DNA of 64,000 bases from an uncultured Acidimicrobiales bacterium (lineage in GTDB: Bacteria > Actinomycetota > Acidimicrobiia > Acidimicrobiales > VFJN01): contig CAWHNU010000009.1 in assembly GCA_963830865.1 (NCBI GenBank), forward strand, positions 495,062-559,061, read 5' to 3'. A program made the position numbers and the translations under genes. Position 1 is the stretch's first letter. Each line of letters begins with the position of its first letter. This document shows positions 39,228 through 49,015 of the stretch, piece after piece. Under the pieces are notes generated by a model that did not search any database, was not told the origin of the DNA, and was given only the letters and a program-made list of their open reading frames with translations.

Positions 39228-40368
39228 ATGCCGCGCACCGAACCACCGTTCCGGGCCGACCACGTGGGAAGCCTGCTGCGTCCGGCCGAGGTGCTCCGGG
39301 CCCGGGAAGACGCCGCCGCCGGCCGGATAACGGCCGGCGAGCGGCGGGCCATCGAGGACCGGGCCATCGCCCAGGTCGTCCGCATGCAGGAGGAGGTCGG
39401 CCTCCAGTCGGCCACCGACGGCGAGTTCCGCCGCGCCTCGTGGCACATGGACTTCATCTACCAGCTCGGGGGCGTCCACCCCGGCGACGACAAGCTCACG
39501 GTCGCGTTCCGGGACGAGAACGGCGAGCTGACGTTCGAGGCGCCGGCCCTGGTGATCGACGAGCGGATCTCGCTGCCCGAGCCGATCTTCGCCGACGACT
39601 TCGCCACGCTGGCGAGCCTGACCACCACGGCCACGCCCAAGCTGACGATCCCGTCGCCGAGCATGGTCCACTACCGCGGCGGGCGGGCGGCGCTCGACCC
39701 CGCGGTCTACCCGGACGTCGACCGGTTCTGGGACGACCTCAGCGCCGCCTACGCCCGCCAGGTGGCGGCGATGGCCGACCTCGGCTGCACGTACCTGCAG
39801 TTCGACGACACCAGCCTCGCCTACCTCAACGACCCCGCGCAGCGGGCCATGCTGACCGAGCGGGGCGACGACGCCGAGCACCAGCACCTGCGCTACATCC
39901 GCCAGATCAACGCCGCCCTGGCCGACCGGCCCGCCGGCATGCGGGTCACGACCCACATGTGCCGGGGCAACTACCAGTCCTCGTGGGCGGCCGAGGGGAG
40001 CTACGACTTCGTGGCCGAGGCCGCTGTTCGGCGAGCTGGCGGTCGACGGCTTCTTCCTGGAGTACGACGACGCCCGCTCGGGCGGCTTCGAGCCGCTGCG
40101 GTTCGTGCCGCCCGGGAGGATGGTCGTGCTCGGCCTGGTCACGACCAAGCGGCCCGAGCTCGAGTCGAAGGACGTGCTCAAGCGGCGCATCGACGAGGCG
40201 GCCCGCTACGTGCCGCTGGACCAGCTCTGCCTGTCGCCGCAGTGCGGCTTCTCGTCCACGGCCGAGGGCAACCGGATCACGTACGACGACCAGGTCGCCA
40301 AGCTGCGGCTGATCGTGGAGGTGGCCGCGCGAGGTCTGGGGCTGACGCCGCTTCAGGCGAAGTCGTAG
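39228..40368 (+). pseudogene. Cobalamin-independent methionine synthase (MetE C-terminal/CIMS) family methyltransferase, frame break near 40020-40025
   Basis: FRADHVGSLLRP, DGEFRRASWHMDF and TTHMCRGNY are present. After YDFVAEA the sequence LFGELAVDGFFLEYDDARSGGFEPLRF...LCLSPQCGFSS continues in the +1 frame. A further indel near 40328 would give ...EVAREVWG with a stop at 40343-40345; that second break is tentative. Confidence 0.7.
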
Positions 40369-41226
40369 AGCCGGGCGGGGTTGTCGACCAGGATGCGGTC
40401 GCGGGTCGGCTCGTCCGGCGCGAACTCGGCGAGGAGGTCGACGAGGTCGCCGTCGTCGGGCATGTGGCGGACGTTCGGGTGGGGCCAGTCGGTGCCCCAC
40501 AGCACCCGGTCGGGTGCGGCGGCGATCAGCGCCCGGGCGAACGGCACGACGTCGTCGTACGGCGGCGGCCCGCCCTCGGTGAGCCGGTCGGCGCCCGACA
40601 GCTTGACCCAGCACCGCTCGTCGACCGCCAGGGCCAGCAGCGCCCGGAACGGCGGCTGGTCGACGCCCGCGGCCGCGTCGACCCGGGCCATGTGGTCGAT
40701 CACGTACGGGCACGGCAGCCGGTCGAGCACGCGGGGCCCAGGCGGCCAGGTCGGCGGCGTCGAAGTGGCAGACGAGGTGCCAGCCCCGCTCGGCCAGCCG
40801 GGCCGCGGTGCGCTCGACGCCGGCGGGGTCGGGAGCGCCGCCGAGGTGGGCGACGAAGTTCACCCGGGCGCCCCGCACGCCGGCCGCGTGCAGCTCGTCC
40901 AGCTCGGGGTCGCTGGTGGCGTCGCCGATCATGGCCACGCCGGCGTGCCGGCCGCCGCCCCGGCGCAGCGCGTCGAGCAGCGCCGCGTTGTCGGTGCCGT
41001 GGCAGCTCGCCTGCACGATCACCGCCCGGGACAGCCCGAGGCGGTCGTGCAGCCGGACCAGGTCCTCGACCCCGGCGTCGGGCGGCGTGTAGCGGCGGTC
41101 GGGCGCGAACGGGAACCGGTCGGCCGGCCCGAAGACGTGGCAGTGGGCATCGCACGCGCCCGGCGGCGGGGTGAACGCCCGGGGCGGGTGCGGGTCGGGA
41201 TGGGGCGGGGCGATCGTGCGGTCCAC
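40353..41226 (-). pseudogene. ligI: 2-pyrone-4,6-dicarboxylate hydrolase (amidohydrolase_2), one frame break near 40738-40745
   Basis: PPPGACDAHCHVFGPADRFPFAPDRRYTPPDAG and VIVQASCHGTDNAALLDAL match LigI as recalled. After ...HFDAADLAAWAP the sequence VLDRLPCPYVIDHM...LWGTDWPHPN continues in another frame. Length is 874 nt. Confidence 0.8.
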
Positions 41227-41230
41227 GCTG

Positions 41231-42322
41231 CTAGGTCTCCCGGGGGAACACGGTCCCGTCCATCAGCTTGCGGGCCGTGCGGATGATCCCGGCCCGCTCG
41301 ACGACCGGCACGCCGTCGGTCCACGCGAGGTCGACGGCGGCGTCGAAGGTGCCCGACGGGTGCTCGACCGTGACCGCGCCGCCACCGTCGAGCCGGGCGA
41401 CGTCCGCGGCCGGGCCCTCGCCCAGCAGTGCGGCGGTGGCGACGCTCACCGCGCCCAGCACGCCGATGGCCTCGTGGCAGCGGTGGGGGATGAACGTGCG
41501 GGTGGCCAGCGCACCCGGCCCGGCGGGCGGGGCGACCAGCGTGAGCTTGGGCACGGTCAGGTCCCGCACGTCGCCCAGCCGCATGAGCGGCCCGGCGGCC
41601 AGGCGCATCCGTTCGAGCCGGTCCCGTAGCCCGGCGTCTGCCTCCAGGTCGGCGCAGGTCTCGTACCCGGTCACGCCCAGGTCGGCCGCCCGGAGGACCA
41701 CGACCGGCATGCCGTTGTCGATCAGCGTCACGGCCAGCCCGTCGATCCGGTCGACCGCCCGGCCGGTGGGGAGCAGCGCGCCGCACGACGAGCCGGCCAC
41801 GTCCTCGAAGTCGAGCCGGATCGGCGCGGCCGTCCCCGGCACGCCGTCGATGGCGGCGGTGCCGTCGTAGCGCGGCCGCCCGTCCCGCAGGGGCACGATG
41901 GCGGTGGCGAGCCCGCCGATGTTGAGCATGCGGATGCGGACCTCGGCGTGGTCGCCGGCCGGCGCCGAGAGCAGGCCGCGCTCGAACGCGAACGGCCCCA
42001 CCCCGGCGAGCAGGTTGCCGCAGTTCTGGCGGTCGGTGACGACCGCCTCGCCGACCACGACCTGGAGGAAGTGGTAGTCGACGTCGGCGCCGCCGGTGCC
42101 CGGGCCGACCACGGCGACCTTGCTGGTCAACGGGTGGGCGCCGCCCATGCCGTCGATCTGGCGGTCGTCGGGCGAGCCCATGACCCGCAGCAGCAGGTCG
42201 TCGCGGGCCGCGGGGTCGGCGGGCAGGTCCGCCGCCACGAAGTACAGGCCCTTCGACGTCCCGCCCCGCATGACCATGCATGGGATACCGTCGGCCACGG
42301 CGCCAGTGTGCTGTATGTTCAC
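41231..42322 (-). CDS. ligU: 4-oxalomesaconate tautomerase (PrpF superfamily; LigU/GalD-like)
   Basis: Intact 363-aa ORF. PCMVMRGGTSKGLYF, QIDGMGGAHPLTSKVAVV, RQNCGNLLAGVGPFA and FIPHRCHEAIGVLGAVSVA are PrpF-family motifs. Confidence 0.8.
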   Translation of the reverse strand: MNIQHTGAVADGIPCMVMRGGTSKGLYFVAADLPADPAARDDLLLRVMGSPDDRQIDGMGGAHPLTSKVAVVGPGTGGADVDYHFLQVVVGEAVVTDRQNCGNLLAGVGPFAFERGLLSAPAGDHAEVRIRMLNIGGLATAIVPLRDGRPRYDGTAAIDGVPGTAAPIRLDFEDVAGSSCGALLPTGRAVDRIDGLAVTLIDNGMPVVVLRAADLGVTGYETCADLEADAGLRDRLERMRLAAGPLMRLGDVRDLTVPKLTLVAPPAGPGALATRTFIPHRCHEAIGVLGAVSVATAALLGEGPAADVARLDGGGAVTVEHPSGTFDAAVDLAWTDGVPVVERAGIIRTARKLMDGTVFPRET

Positions 42323-42324
42323 AC

Positions 42325-42338
42325 GATTGTCGACAATC
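42325..42338. promoter_or_regulatory. Perfect 14-bp palindrome GATTGTCGACAATC in the ligU/permease divergent region; candidate GntR operator
   Basis: Read directly, 3 bp upstream of the ligU start. It shares the TTGT-N2-ACAA core with the 33.9 kb and 37.2 kb sites. Confidence 0.55.
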
Positions 42339-42385
42339 CGGAACTACACTGCGCCGCAGTCCACGGGCTCAGGGGGGAGCCGGAG

Positions 42386-43195
42386 ATGCGCGATGAGGGC
42401 CTCCGCCCGAGGGCCCGGCGACGGGCCGAGGCCGCGGTGCTGCCGCTGATCGGCGTGGCGGTCGCGCTGGCGGCGTTCGAGGTCGCGCCCCGCATCGGGC
42501 TGCTGCCCCGGTCGACGTTCCCGCCCATGAGCGAGATCGTCACCGCCTTCGCCGACCTGGTGACCTCGGGCGACCTGTGGCCGCCGGTGCGGGACACGCT
42601 CGACTCGTGGGTCCGCGCCATCGTGCTGGCCACGCTGATCGGGGTGCCGCTCGGCCTGGCCATCGGGGCGAGCCGGCTCGGCATGCTGCTGACCCGGCTC
42701 ACGATCGACTTCCTACGGCCGATCCCGTCGGTGGCGCTCATCCCCATCCTGGTGCTGGTGTACGGCACCAGCCCGTCGCTGAAGGTCGCGCTGGCGGTGT
42801 TCGGGGCGACGTTCCCGCTGCTGTTCCAGGCGATGTACGGCGTCGCCGACGTCGACCCGGTGGCCAAGGACACGGCGCGGGCGTTCGGCATGGGGTGGTG
42901 GACGCGGCTGCGGCGGGTCGTGCTGCCGTCGTGCGCGCCCTACCTGGCCACCGGGCTGCGGATCTCGGCGTCGATCGCGCTGATCCTGGTCGTGACCGGC
43001 GAGTACGTCGTCGGCCTGCCGGGCCTGGGCCGCGAGGTGCTGGTGACCCAGAGCAGCGCGGCCTACGACAAGATGTACGCGCTGATCCTGGCCGCCGGGC
43101 TCCTGGGCGTGGCCGTCAACCTGGCGTTCCAGGCGGCCGAGCGCCGGGTCCTGTTCTGGCACCCCAGCCAGCGGCCCGCGGAGGGCGCCGCGTGA
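42386..43195 (+). CDS. ABC transporter permease (SsuC/TauC-like)
   Basis: Internal ATG at 42386. It has several TM segments and the EAA-type loop DVDPVAKDTARAFGMGWWTRLRRVVLP. Confidence 0.85.
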   Translation: MRDEGLRPRARRRAEAAVLPLIGVAVALAAFEVAPRIGLLPRSTFPPMSEIVTAFADLVTSGDLWPPVRDTLDSWVRAIVLATLIGVPLGLAIGASRLGMLLTRLTIDFLRPIPSVALIPILVLVYGTSPSLKVALAVFGATFPLLFQAMYGVADVDPVAKDTARAFGMGWWTRLRRVVLPSCAPYLATGLRISASIALILVVTGEYVVGLPGLGREVLVTQSSAAYDKMYALILAAGLLGVAVNLAFQAAERRVLFWHPSQRPAEGAA

Positions 43196-44013
43196 CCCGG
43201 TCGCGGGCCGGCCGCGTGGCGCTGCAGGCTGTCCTGCCGATCGCGCTCGTGGCGCTGTGGTGGTGGACGTCGGCGGGCAGCACGGAGGTGTTCTTCCCGC
43301 CGCTGTCGCGGATCGTCGACCGGCTCCGGGAGGACTGGCTGTTCGAGCAGGTCGGCACCGACCTCGTGCCCAGCCTCACCCGGTTCACGGTGGGCTACGT
43401 CCTGGCGGTCGCCGCCGGGGTCGGCGTGGGCACGGTGATCGGGCTGGCGCCCCGGCTGCGGGCGGCGAGCCAGCCGGTCAGCGAGTTCCTGCGCTCGATC
43501 CCGCCGCCGCTGATGCTGCCGTTCGTCCTGGTGGTGATCGGCATCGGCGACGTCTCGAAGGTCGCGCTGATCGTGCTCGGCGCGGTGTGGCCGGTCCTGC
43601 TCAACACGATCGACGGCGTGCGGGGCGTCGACCCGCTGATGCTCGACATGGCCCGGAGCTTCCGGTTCGGGCGCTGGACCCGGATCGGCCGGGTCGTCCT
43701 CCCGGCCGCCAGCCCCAAGATCGTCGTGGGCATGCGGACCGGCCTGTCGATCGGCCTGATCCTCATGATCATCAGCGAGATGCAGGCGAGCACCAACGGG
43801 CTCGGGTTCCGGGTGCTCCAGGCCCAGCGCAGCTTCGACTCGGCGGGCACCTACGCCGGGGTGATCGTGATCGGCGTGGTCGGCCTGGTCGTCAACCTGG
43901 GGTTCCTGGCGGCCGAGGCCCGGATCATGCGCTGGCACCGAGGGGCGCGGGGCCATCTGGAGGACGTGGCCGCCCGGCGCGAGCCGAGCGACGTGCCGGT
44001 GGTGGTGGCGTGA
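43192..44013 (+). CDS. ABC transporter permease (SsuC/TauC-like), second copy
   Basis: GTGA overlap with the upstream gene. The EAA-type loop is GVDPLMLDMARSFRFGRWTRIGRVVLP. Confidence 0.85.
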   Translation: MTRSRAGRVALQAVLPIALVALWWWTSAGSTEVFFPPLSRIVDRLREDWLFEQVGTDLVPSLTRFTVGYVLAVAAGVGVGTVIGLAPRLRAASQPVSEFLRSIPPPLMLPFVLVVIGIGDVSKVALIVLGAVWPVLLNTIDGVRGVDPLMLDMARSFRFGRWTRIGRVVLPAASPKIVVGMRTGLSIGLILMIISEMQASTNGLGFRVLQAQRSFDSAGTYAGVIVIGVVGLVVNLGFLAAEARIMRWHRGARGHLEDVAARREPSDVPVVVA

Positions 44014-44819
44014 CCGTCCTGGAGATCGACCGGGTCGGCAAGACCTACGGCCGCGGGCCCGACGCCGTGACGGCCATCGACGAGATCACCTTCACCGCCC
44101 AGCCGGGCGAGCTGCTGTGCATCGTCGGTCCGTCGGGCTGCGGCAAGACGACGCTCCTGCGCTGCGCCTCGGGCCTGATGGCGCCGACGACCGGCGCGGT
44201 GCGGCTCGACGACCGGGTGGTGACCGCGCCGCCCCGGGCGATGGCGTTGGTGTTCCAGGACTACAGCCGGTCGCTGCTGCCGTGGATGACGATCCACGAC
44301 AACGTCGTCCTGCCGCTGAAGGCGGCGCACGTCGCGCGGGCCGAGCGGGAACGCCTGGCGACCGAGGCGCTGGCGTCGGTCGGGCTCGGCGACGACGGCC
44401 GGCGGTACCCGTGGCAGATGTCGGGCGGCATGCAGCAGCGGGCTGCGATCGCCCGGGCGCTGGCGTACCAGCCCGAGATCCTGCTGCTCGACGAGCCGTT
44501 CGCCTCCGTGGACGCCCAGACCCGGGCCGACCTCGAGGACCTGCTGCTCGAGGTCTGGTCCCGCACCGGCGTGACCGTGCTGCTGGTCACCCACGACATC
44601 GACGAGGCCGTCTACCTCGCCGACCGGGTGGTGGTGCTGTCTGCGTCGCCGACCAAGGTGCGCAAGACCATCGCCGTCGACCTGCCCCGCCCCCGGGACC
44701 AGATCGCCACCAAGGAGATGCCCGAGTTCGTCCGGCTGCGGGCATCGGTGTTCGCGCTGATCAAGGCCGAGGGCGGGCGGCGGGCCCCACAGGACCGGGT
44801 CGCACGGGACTCGGAGTGA
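44010..44819 (+). CDS. ABC transporter ATP-binding protein
   Basis: GTGA overlap with the upstream gene. Walker A is GPSGCGKTT, the signature is MSGGMQQR and Walker B is ILLLDEP. Confidence 0.9.
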   Translation: MTVLEIDRVGKTYGRGPDAVTAIDEITFTAQPGELLCIVGPSGCGKTTLLRCASGLMAPTTGAVRLDDRVVTAPPRAMALVFQDYSRSLLPWMTIHDNVVLPLKAAHVARAERERLATEALASVGLGDDGRRYPWQMSGGMQQRAAIARALAYQPEILLLDEPFASVDAQTRADLEDLLLEVWSRTGVTVLLVTHDIDEAVYLADRVVVLSASPTKVRKTIAVDLPRPRDQIATKEMPEFVRLRASVFALIKAEGGRRAPQDRVARDSE

Positions 44820-45178
44820 CGTCGCTGTCGCTGCGGGAGCGGCTCCGGGCCGCGCTGCCGGCCGCCATGAAGGCCCGCGACCGGGACGCGGTCGCCGCCC
44901 TGCGCTCGGCACTGGCGGCGATCGAGAACGCCGAGGCCGTCGCGCCGCCGCCTGCGGCCCCCCTGCAGGACGGCGTGATCCCCGGTGCGACCGCCGGGCT
45001 CGGCTCGGGCGAGGCCCGGCGCATCGACCTGTCCGACGAGCAGGTCGCGGCCATCGTCCGCGCCGAGGTGGACGAGCGCCGGACGGCCGCCGACGACTAC
45101 GCCCGTGCCGGTCAGGCCGAGCGGGCGGCCCGGCTCACCGCCGAGGCGGACGCGCTGGCCCGGCACCTCGACGCCTGA
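44816..45178 (+). CDS. GatB/YqeY-domain protein
   Basis: GTGA overlap with the upstream gene. LRERLRAALPAAMKARDRDAVAALRSALAAIENAE is the typical YqeY-like N-terminus. Confidence 0.7.
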   Translation: MTSLSLRERLRAALPAAMKARDRDAVAALRSALAAIENAEAVAPPPAAPLQDGVIPGATAGLGSGEARRIDLSDEQVAAIVRAEVDERRTAADDYARAGQAERAARLTAEADALARHLDA

Positions 45179-46150
45179 TCACCCGCCCGCCGCCCGGCGC
45201 AGGCGATCGGCGAGGGCGACCAGCGCGGCCCGCAGCTCCGGGGGCCCGTCGACCTCGAAGTCCTCGTCCAGGAGCGCCAGCCAGCCTGCCAGGTCCTCCG
45301 GGGTGTCGGACCCGGCCTCGTAGGTGCAGCGGCGGTCGTCGACGGCCTCCACCGCGCCGGCGCCCGCCGGCAGGCGGGCGATGACCCGCTCCGCCGGGGC
45401 GTGGACGGTCACCCGCGCCCGGAAACGCCAGGTCGCCTGGGCGAGCCCGGCGGTGACGTGGTCGGCGAACGAGCCGCCCGGCGCCTCCCGGGGGACGAAG
45501 GGCGGGCCGAGCGCGTTGGCCGGCAGCGCGATCCGGTCGGCGCGGAACGTCCGCCAGCCGGCGCGACCGGCGTCCCAGCCGACGAGGTACCAGCGGCCCC
45601 GGGCGTGGACGACCCGGTGGGGCTCGACGGTCCGCACGGACCCGTTGCCGTCGTGGGCGCGGTAGTCGAAGCGCAGCGCCCGGTGATCCCGGCAGGCCGC
45701 GGCCAGCGTCGCGAGCAGATCGGGCTCGACGGCCGGGCCCCCGCCGGCGCCGGGGCCGGTGAGGGTGAGCGTCGCCGCGTCGACCGCGTCGACCCGGCGC
45801 CGGAGGCGGGACGGCAGCACCTGGTCGAGCTTGGCGAGCGCCCGTCGGCTGGCCTCGTCGATGCCGACGATCGCGGCGCCCTCGGCCAGGCGGAGGCCGA
45901 CCGCGATCGCCACCGCCTCCCGGTCGTCGAGCAGCAGCGGCGGCATGTCGGCGCCCGCGCCCAGCCGGTACCCCCCGGCCCGGCCGGGGACGGCGTCGAC
46001 CGGGTAGCCCAGGCGCCGGACCCGCTCGACGTCGTTGCGCACGGTCCGGGTCGTCACGCCGAGGCGTTCGGCCAGCTCCGGCCCCGTCCACTGGGGCCGG
46101 GACTGGAGCAGGGCGAGCAGCCGCAGCAGCCGGTCCGAGGTCGCCAACAT
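45179..46150 (-). CDS. HTH-WYL-domain transcriptional regulator (YafY/PafB-PafC-like)
   Basis: 323 aa. RLLRLLALLQSRPQWTGPELAERLGVTTRTVRNDVERVRRLGYPV is the HTH. The WYL-type core is RALRFDYRAHDGNGSVRTVEPHRVVHARGRWYLVGWD. Confidence 0.85.
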   Translation of the reverse strand: MLATSDRLLRLLALLQSRPQWTGPELAERLGVTTRTVRNDVERVRRLGYPVDAVPGRAGGYRLGAGADMPPLLLDDREAVAIAVGLRLAEGAAIVGIDEASRRALAKLDQVLPSRLRRRVDAVDAATLTLTGPGAGGGPAVEPDLLATLAAACRDHRALRFDYRAHDGNGSVRTVEPHRVVHARGRWYLVGWDAGRAGWRTFRADRIALPANALGPPFVPREAPGGSFADHVTAGLAQATWRFRARVTVHAPAERVIARLPAGAGAVEAVDDRRCTYEAGSDTPEDLAGWLALLDEDFEVDGPPELRAALVALADRLRRAAGG

Positions 46151-46171
46151 CGCCCGCCAGTGTGACCGATA

Positions 46172-46194
46172 ATGCGGAACGGGACGTTCCGCAT
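46172..46194. promoter_or_regulatory. Perfect 10-3-10 palindrome ATGCGGAACG-GGA-CGTTCCGCAT upstream of the WYL regulator gene; candidate operator
   Basis: Read directly, 22 bp upstream of the regulator start codon (46150). Confidence 0.5.
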
Positions 46195-46204
46195 GCGTCG
46201 TCGC

Positions 46205-46254
46205 GTTTCGTCCCCGGAAACGGTCGCCACAGCGACCGTTTCCGGGGACGAAAC
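46205..46254. repeat. Palindromic intergenic repeat (REP-like), copy 4; likely also the terminator hairpin of the response-regulator gene
   Basis: GTTTCGTCCCCGGAAACGGTCGC-CACA-GCGACCGTTTCCGGGGACGAAAC: a perfect 23-bp stem starting 2 bp after the stop at 46256. It shares the GGAAAYGGTCGC-N4-GCGACC core with copies 1-3. Confidence 0.8.
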
Positions 46255-46255
46255 C

Positions 46256-46909
46256 TCAGTCGGTGAGGCCGGCCTCGTGGGCGACGATGGCGAGCTGCAC
46301 CCGGTTGGTCGCGCCCACCTTGACCAGCAGGCGGGAGACGTGGGCCTTGGCCGTCGCCTCGCTCATGTACAGGGTGGCGCCGATCTCGGCGTTGGACAGG
46401 CCCCGGCCGAGGGCGGCCAGGACCTCCGACTCACGCGCCGACAGCGTCGCCAGGCGGGCGCGGGCGGCCTGCCGGCGGTCACCGCGGCCGTCGGCGGCGA
46501 AGTGGGCGATCAGGCGGCGGGTCACCGTGGGCGACAGCATCGACGCGCCCTGGGCCACCACCCGGACCGCCTGGACCAGCTCCCTCGGCGGGGTGTCCTT
46601 GAGCAGGAAGCCCGCCGCGCCCGCCTGCAGCGCGCCGAACACGTGGTCGTCGAGGTCGAACGTCGTGAGCACGATGACCGCCGGCGCCGGGTCGAGCGCG
46701 CGCACCGCGCCGGTGGCGGCGATGCCGTCGAGGCGGGGCATGCGGACGTCCATCAGCACCACGTCGGGCCGGCACCGGCGGGCGGCGGCGGCCGCCTCCG
46801 CGCCGTCATCCGCCTCGCCGACCACCTCCAGGTCGTCGGCCGACTCCAGGATCATGCGCAGGCCCGCCCGGACCAGCGCCTCGTCGTCGACGATGAGCAC
46901 CCGGATCAC
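46256..46909 (-). CDS. NarL/LuxR-family response regulator
   Basis: GTG at 46909 (VIRVLIVDDEALVRAGL). The phosphoacceptor is in VVLMDVRMPRLDG. The LuxR HTH is LSARESEVLAALGRGLSNAEIGATLYMSEATAKAHVSRLL. Confidence 0.9.
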   Translation of the reverse strand: MIRVLIVDDEALVRAGLRMILESADDLEVVGEADDGAEAAAAARRCRPDVVLMDVRMPRLDGIAATGAVRALDPAPAVIVLTTFDLDDHVFGALQAGAAGFLLKDTPPRELVQAVRVVAQGASMLSPTVTRRLIAHFAADGRGDRRQAARARLATLSARESEVLAALGRGLSNAEIGATLYMSEATAKAHVSRLLVKVGATNRVQLAIVAHEAGLTD

Positions 46910-48107
46910 GTCGCCGGCGCTCCCCTCGCCGACGCGCTCGGCGGCGTCGAGCCCGCCGCCGGTCCACGGAACCCACGCCGCCACCCGCCAGCCGCCGCCC
47001 GGGGTCGGGCCGGAGGTCAGCCGGCCCCCTGCGAGCCGCAGCCGCTCGCGCAGCCCGACCAGGCCCGCCCCCGACCCCGGTAGCGCGTCGCCGACGGCGC
47101 GGGGCGGCGGGTCGTTGCCGACCGTGATCGTGAGCCCGTCGGCCGTCGCCGCCGGTCAGCTCGACGACCGCCGCCGCGCCCGGGGCGTGCTTGTGCACGT
47201 TGGTGAGCGCCTCCTGGACGACGCGGTAGGCGGTCCGGGCGAGGCCCCCGGGCAGGTCGGGGACGTCGGCGCGGAGGGTGGCGTCGACGCCGGCCGCCCG
47301 CGACGACTCGACCAGCCGAGCGATGTCGACCGCCTGCGGCGACGGCGCCAGCGCGTCTCGGCGCCGCGCCCTCACGCAGCACCCCGAGCACCGACCGCAG
47401 CTCCTCCAGCGCCTGCACCGCCGTCTCGCGGATCAGGCCGGCGGCCTCCTCGACCCGCTCGGGGCCGACGCCGGGGTTGACCTCCAGCGCACCCGCGTGC
47501 AGTGCGATCAGCGACACCTTGTGGGCCAGTACGTCGTGCATCTCCCGGGCGATGCGCGCCCGCTCGCCCGCCCGCGCCTGCTCGGCCCGCAGCTCGCGCT
47601 CGGCCTCGGCGCCCTCCGCCCGTGCCCGCAGGGAGCCCAGGAGGTCGCGCCGGGTCCGGGTGTAGATGCCGAGGCCGACGACGGCCAGCACGGTGGCCGT
47701 CGCACGCCACCAGGGGACGGGCGCTGACATGGCCGTCGTCCACCCACTCGGGCACGGCGAAGGCGACGGAGCCGGCGACGACCAGCGCGGCCAGGGTGAA
47801 GGCGCTCCCCACCAGGGTGGCCGCGGTGTAGAGCGCGACCGCCGCCGGGACGCCGGTCGGCCGAGAGCGCCACGGTGGCGACGTTCACCGCGGCGACCGT
47901 CGTCGGGTGGCTGCGCCGCCACCACAGGGCGGCGGTGCCCACCAGGCCGGCGGCGACCGCCACGGGGCGGGGGAACGGCGACCAGGCCGACGGGCCGTCC
48001 GATGCCGCCACGGTGAGGTAGGCGCAGACCACGATGGCCACCACGTCGGCGGCGCGCCCGAGATCCCGGCTGCCCAGCCGCTCGATGCGCTCCCGGAGCG
48101 GACCCAT
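46906..48107 (-). pseudogene. Sensor histidine kinase (HisKA_3/DesK-NarX type) broken by 4-5 frame shifts
   Basis: Pieces in successive frames give N-terminal TM segments, the H-box ARIAREMHDVLAHKVSLIALHAGAL, the N-box YRVVQEALTNVHKHAP, and G-boxes GNDPPP...GSGAGLVGLRERL. Breaks lie near 47855-47866, 47721-47735, 47348-47365 and 47133-47150, with a possible fifth at 46930-46960. Confidence 0.75.
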
Positions 48108-48250
48108 CGGCTCACGTTACGGCGCGGCCCCCGCCGCGCCGGTAGCGCCGATCGTCGATGTCCGGCCCGCCGGAACAGCGACCTTCGTCGGGGGTGCGCG
48201 GACACCCGCGGCCGATGCCGGCGGGGCCCGGCGCGGGTCACCGTCGGGGC

Positions 48251-49015
48251 ATGACCACCCCCGTCCCCACCCGGCCCGACCCCGGCGACGACGCCGTCGC
48301 CGTGCGGGCCCTCGACCTCGTGAAGGTCCACGGCCGCGGCGAGACCGCGGTGCGGGCGCTCGACGGCGTGAGCGTCGAGGTGCCCGCCGGCCGCCTGACC
48401 GCCGTCATGGGCCCGTCCGGGTCCGGCAAGTCGACCCTCCTGCACTGCCTAGCCGGCCTGGACACCCCCACGTCGGGCAGGGTCCTGCTCGGCGACACCG
48501 ACCTGTCGACGCTGGGCGACACCGCCCTCACCCGCGTGCGCCGGGAGCGGCTCGGCTTCGTCTTCCAGGCATTCAACCTGCTGCCGACCCTGACCGCCCG
48601 GGAGAACATCATCCTGCCGTCCCGGCTCGCCGGCACGCGGCCCGACCCCGCCTGGCTCGACGGGGTGATCGCCGCGGTCGGCCTCGGGGACCGGCTGGCG
48701 CACCGGCCGTCGCAGCTGTCCGGCGGCCAGCAGCAGCGGGTGGCGGTGGCCCGGGCGCTCGCCACCCGCCCCCGGGTCGTGTTCGCGGACGAGCCCACCG
48801 GCAACCTCGACTCGCGGGCCGGGCACGGCGTGCTGCGCCTGCTGCGCGAGTCGGTCGACGCGCTCGGCCAGACCGTGGTGATGGTCACCCACGACCCCAC
48901 GGCCGCCGAGTGGGCGGACGCCGCCCTGGTTCTCGCCGACGGCCGCATCGTCGACCGGGTCGCGTCGCCCACGGCGACCGCGGTCCTCGACCGGCTGACG
49001 GGGCTCGGAGCATGA
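48251..49015 (+). CDS. ABC transporter ATP-binding protein (MacB/LolD-like)
   Basis: Walker A is GPSGSGKST, the signature is LSGGQQQR and Walker B is VVFADEPTGNLD. Confidence 0.9.
   Translation: MTTPVPTRPDPGDDAVAVRALDLVKVHGRGETAVRALDGVSVEVPAGRLTAVMGPSGSGKSTLLHCLAGLDTPTSGRVLLGDTDLSTLGDTALTRVRRERLGFVFQAFNLLPTLTARENIILPSRLAGTRPDPAWLDGVIAAVGLGDRLAHRPSQLSGGQQQRVAVARALATRPRVVFADEPTGNLDSRAGHGVLRLLRESVDALGQTVVMVTHDPTAAEWADAALVLADGRIVDRVASPTATAVLDRLTGLGA

Noticed and set aside
46172-46194. Reading the WYL-upstream palindrome as a second LexA box.
   Set aside because: Its core is GAAC-N5-GTTC. The LexA/Cheo consensus needs N4, so I treat it as a distinct operator.
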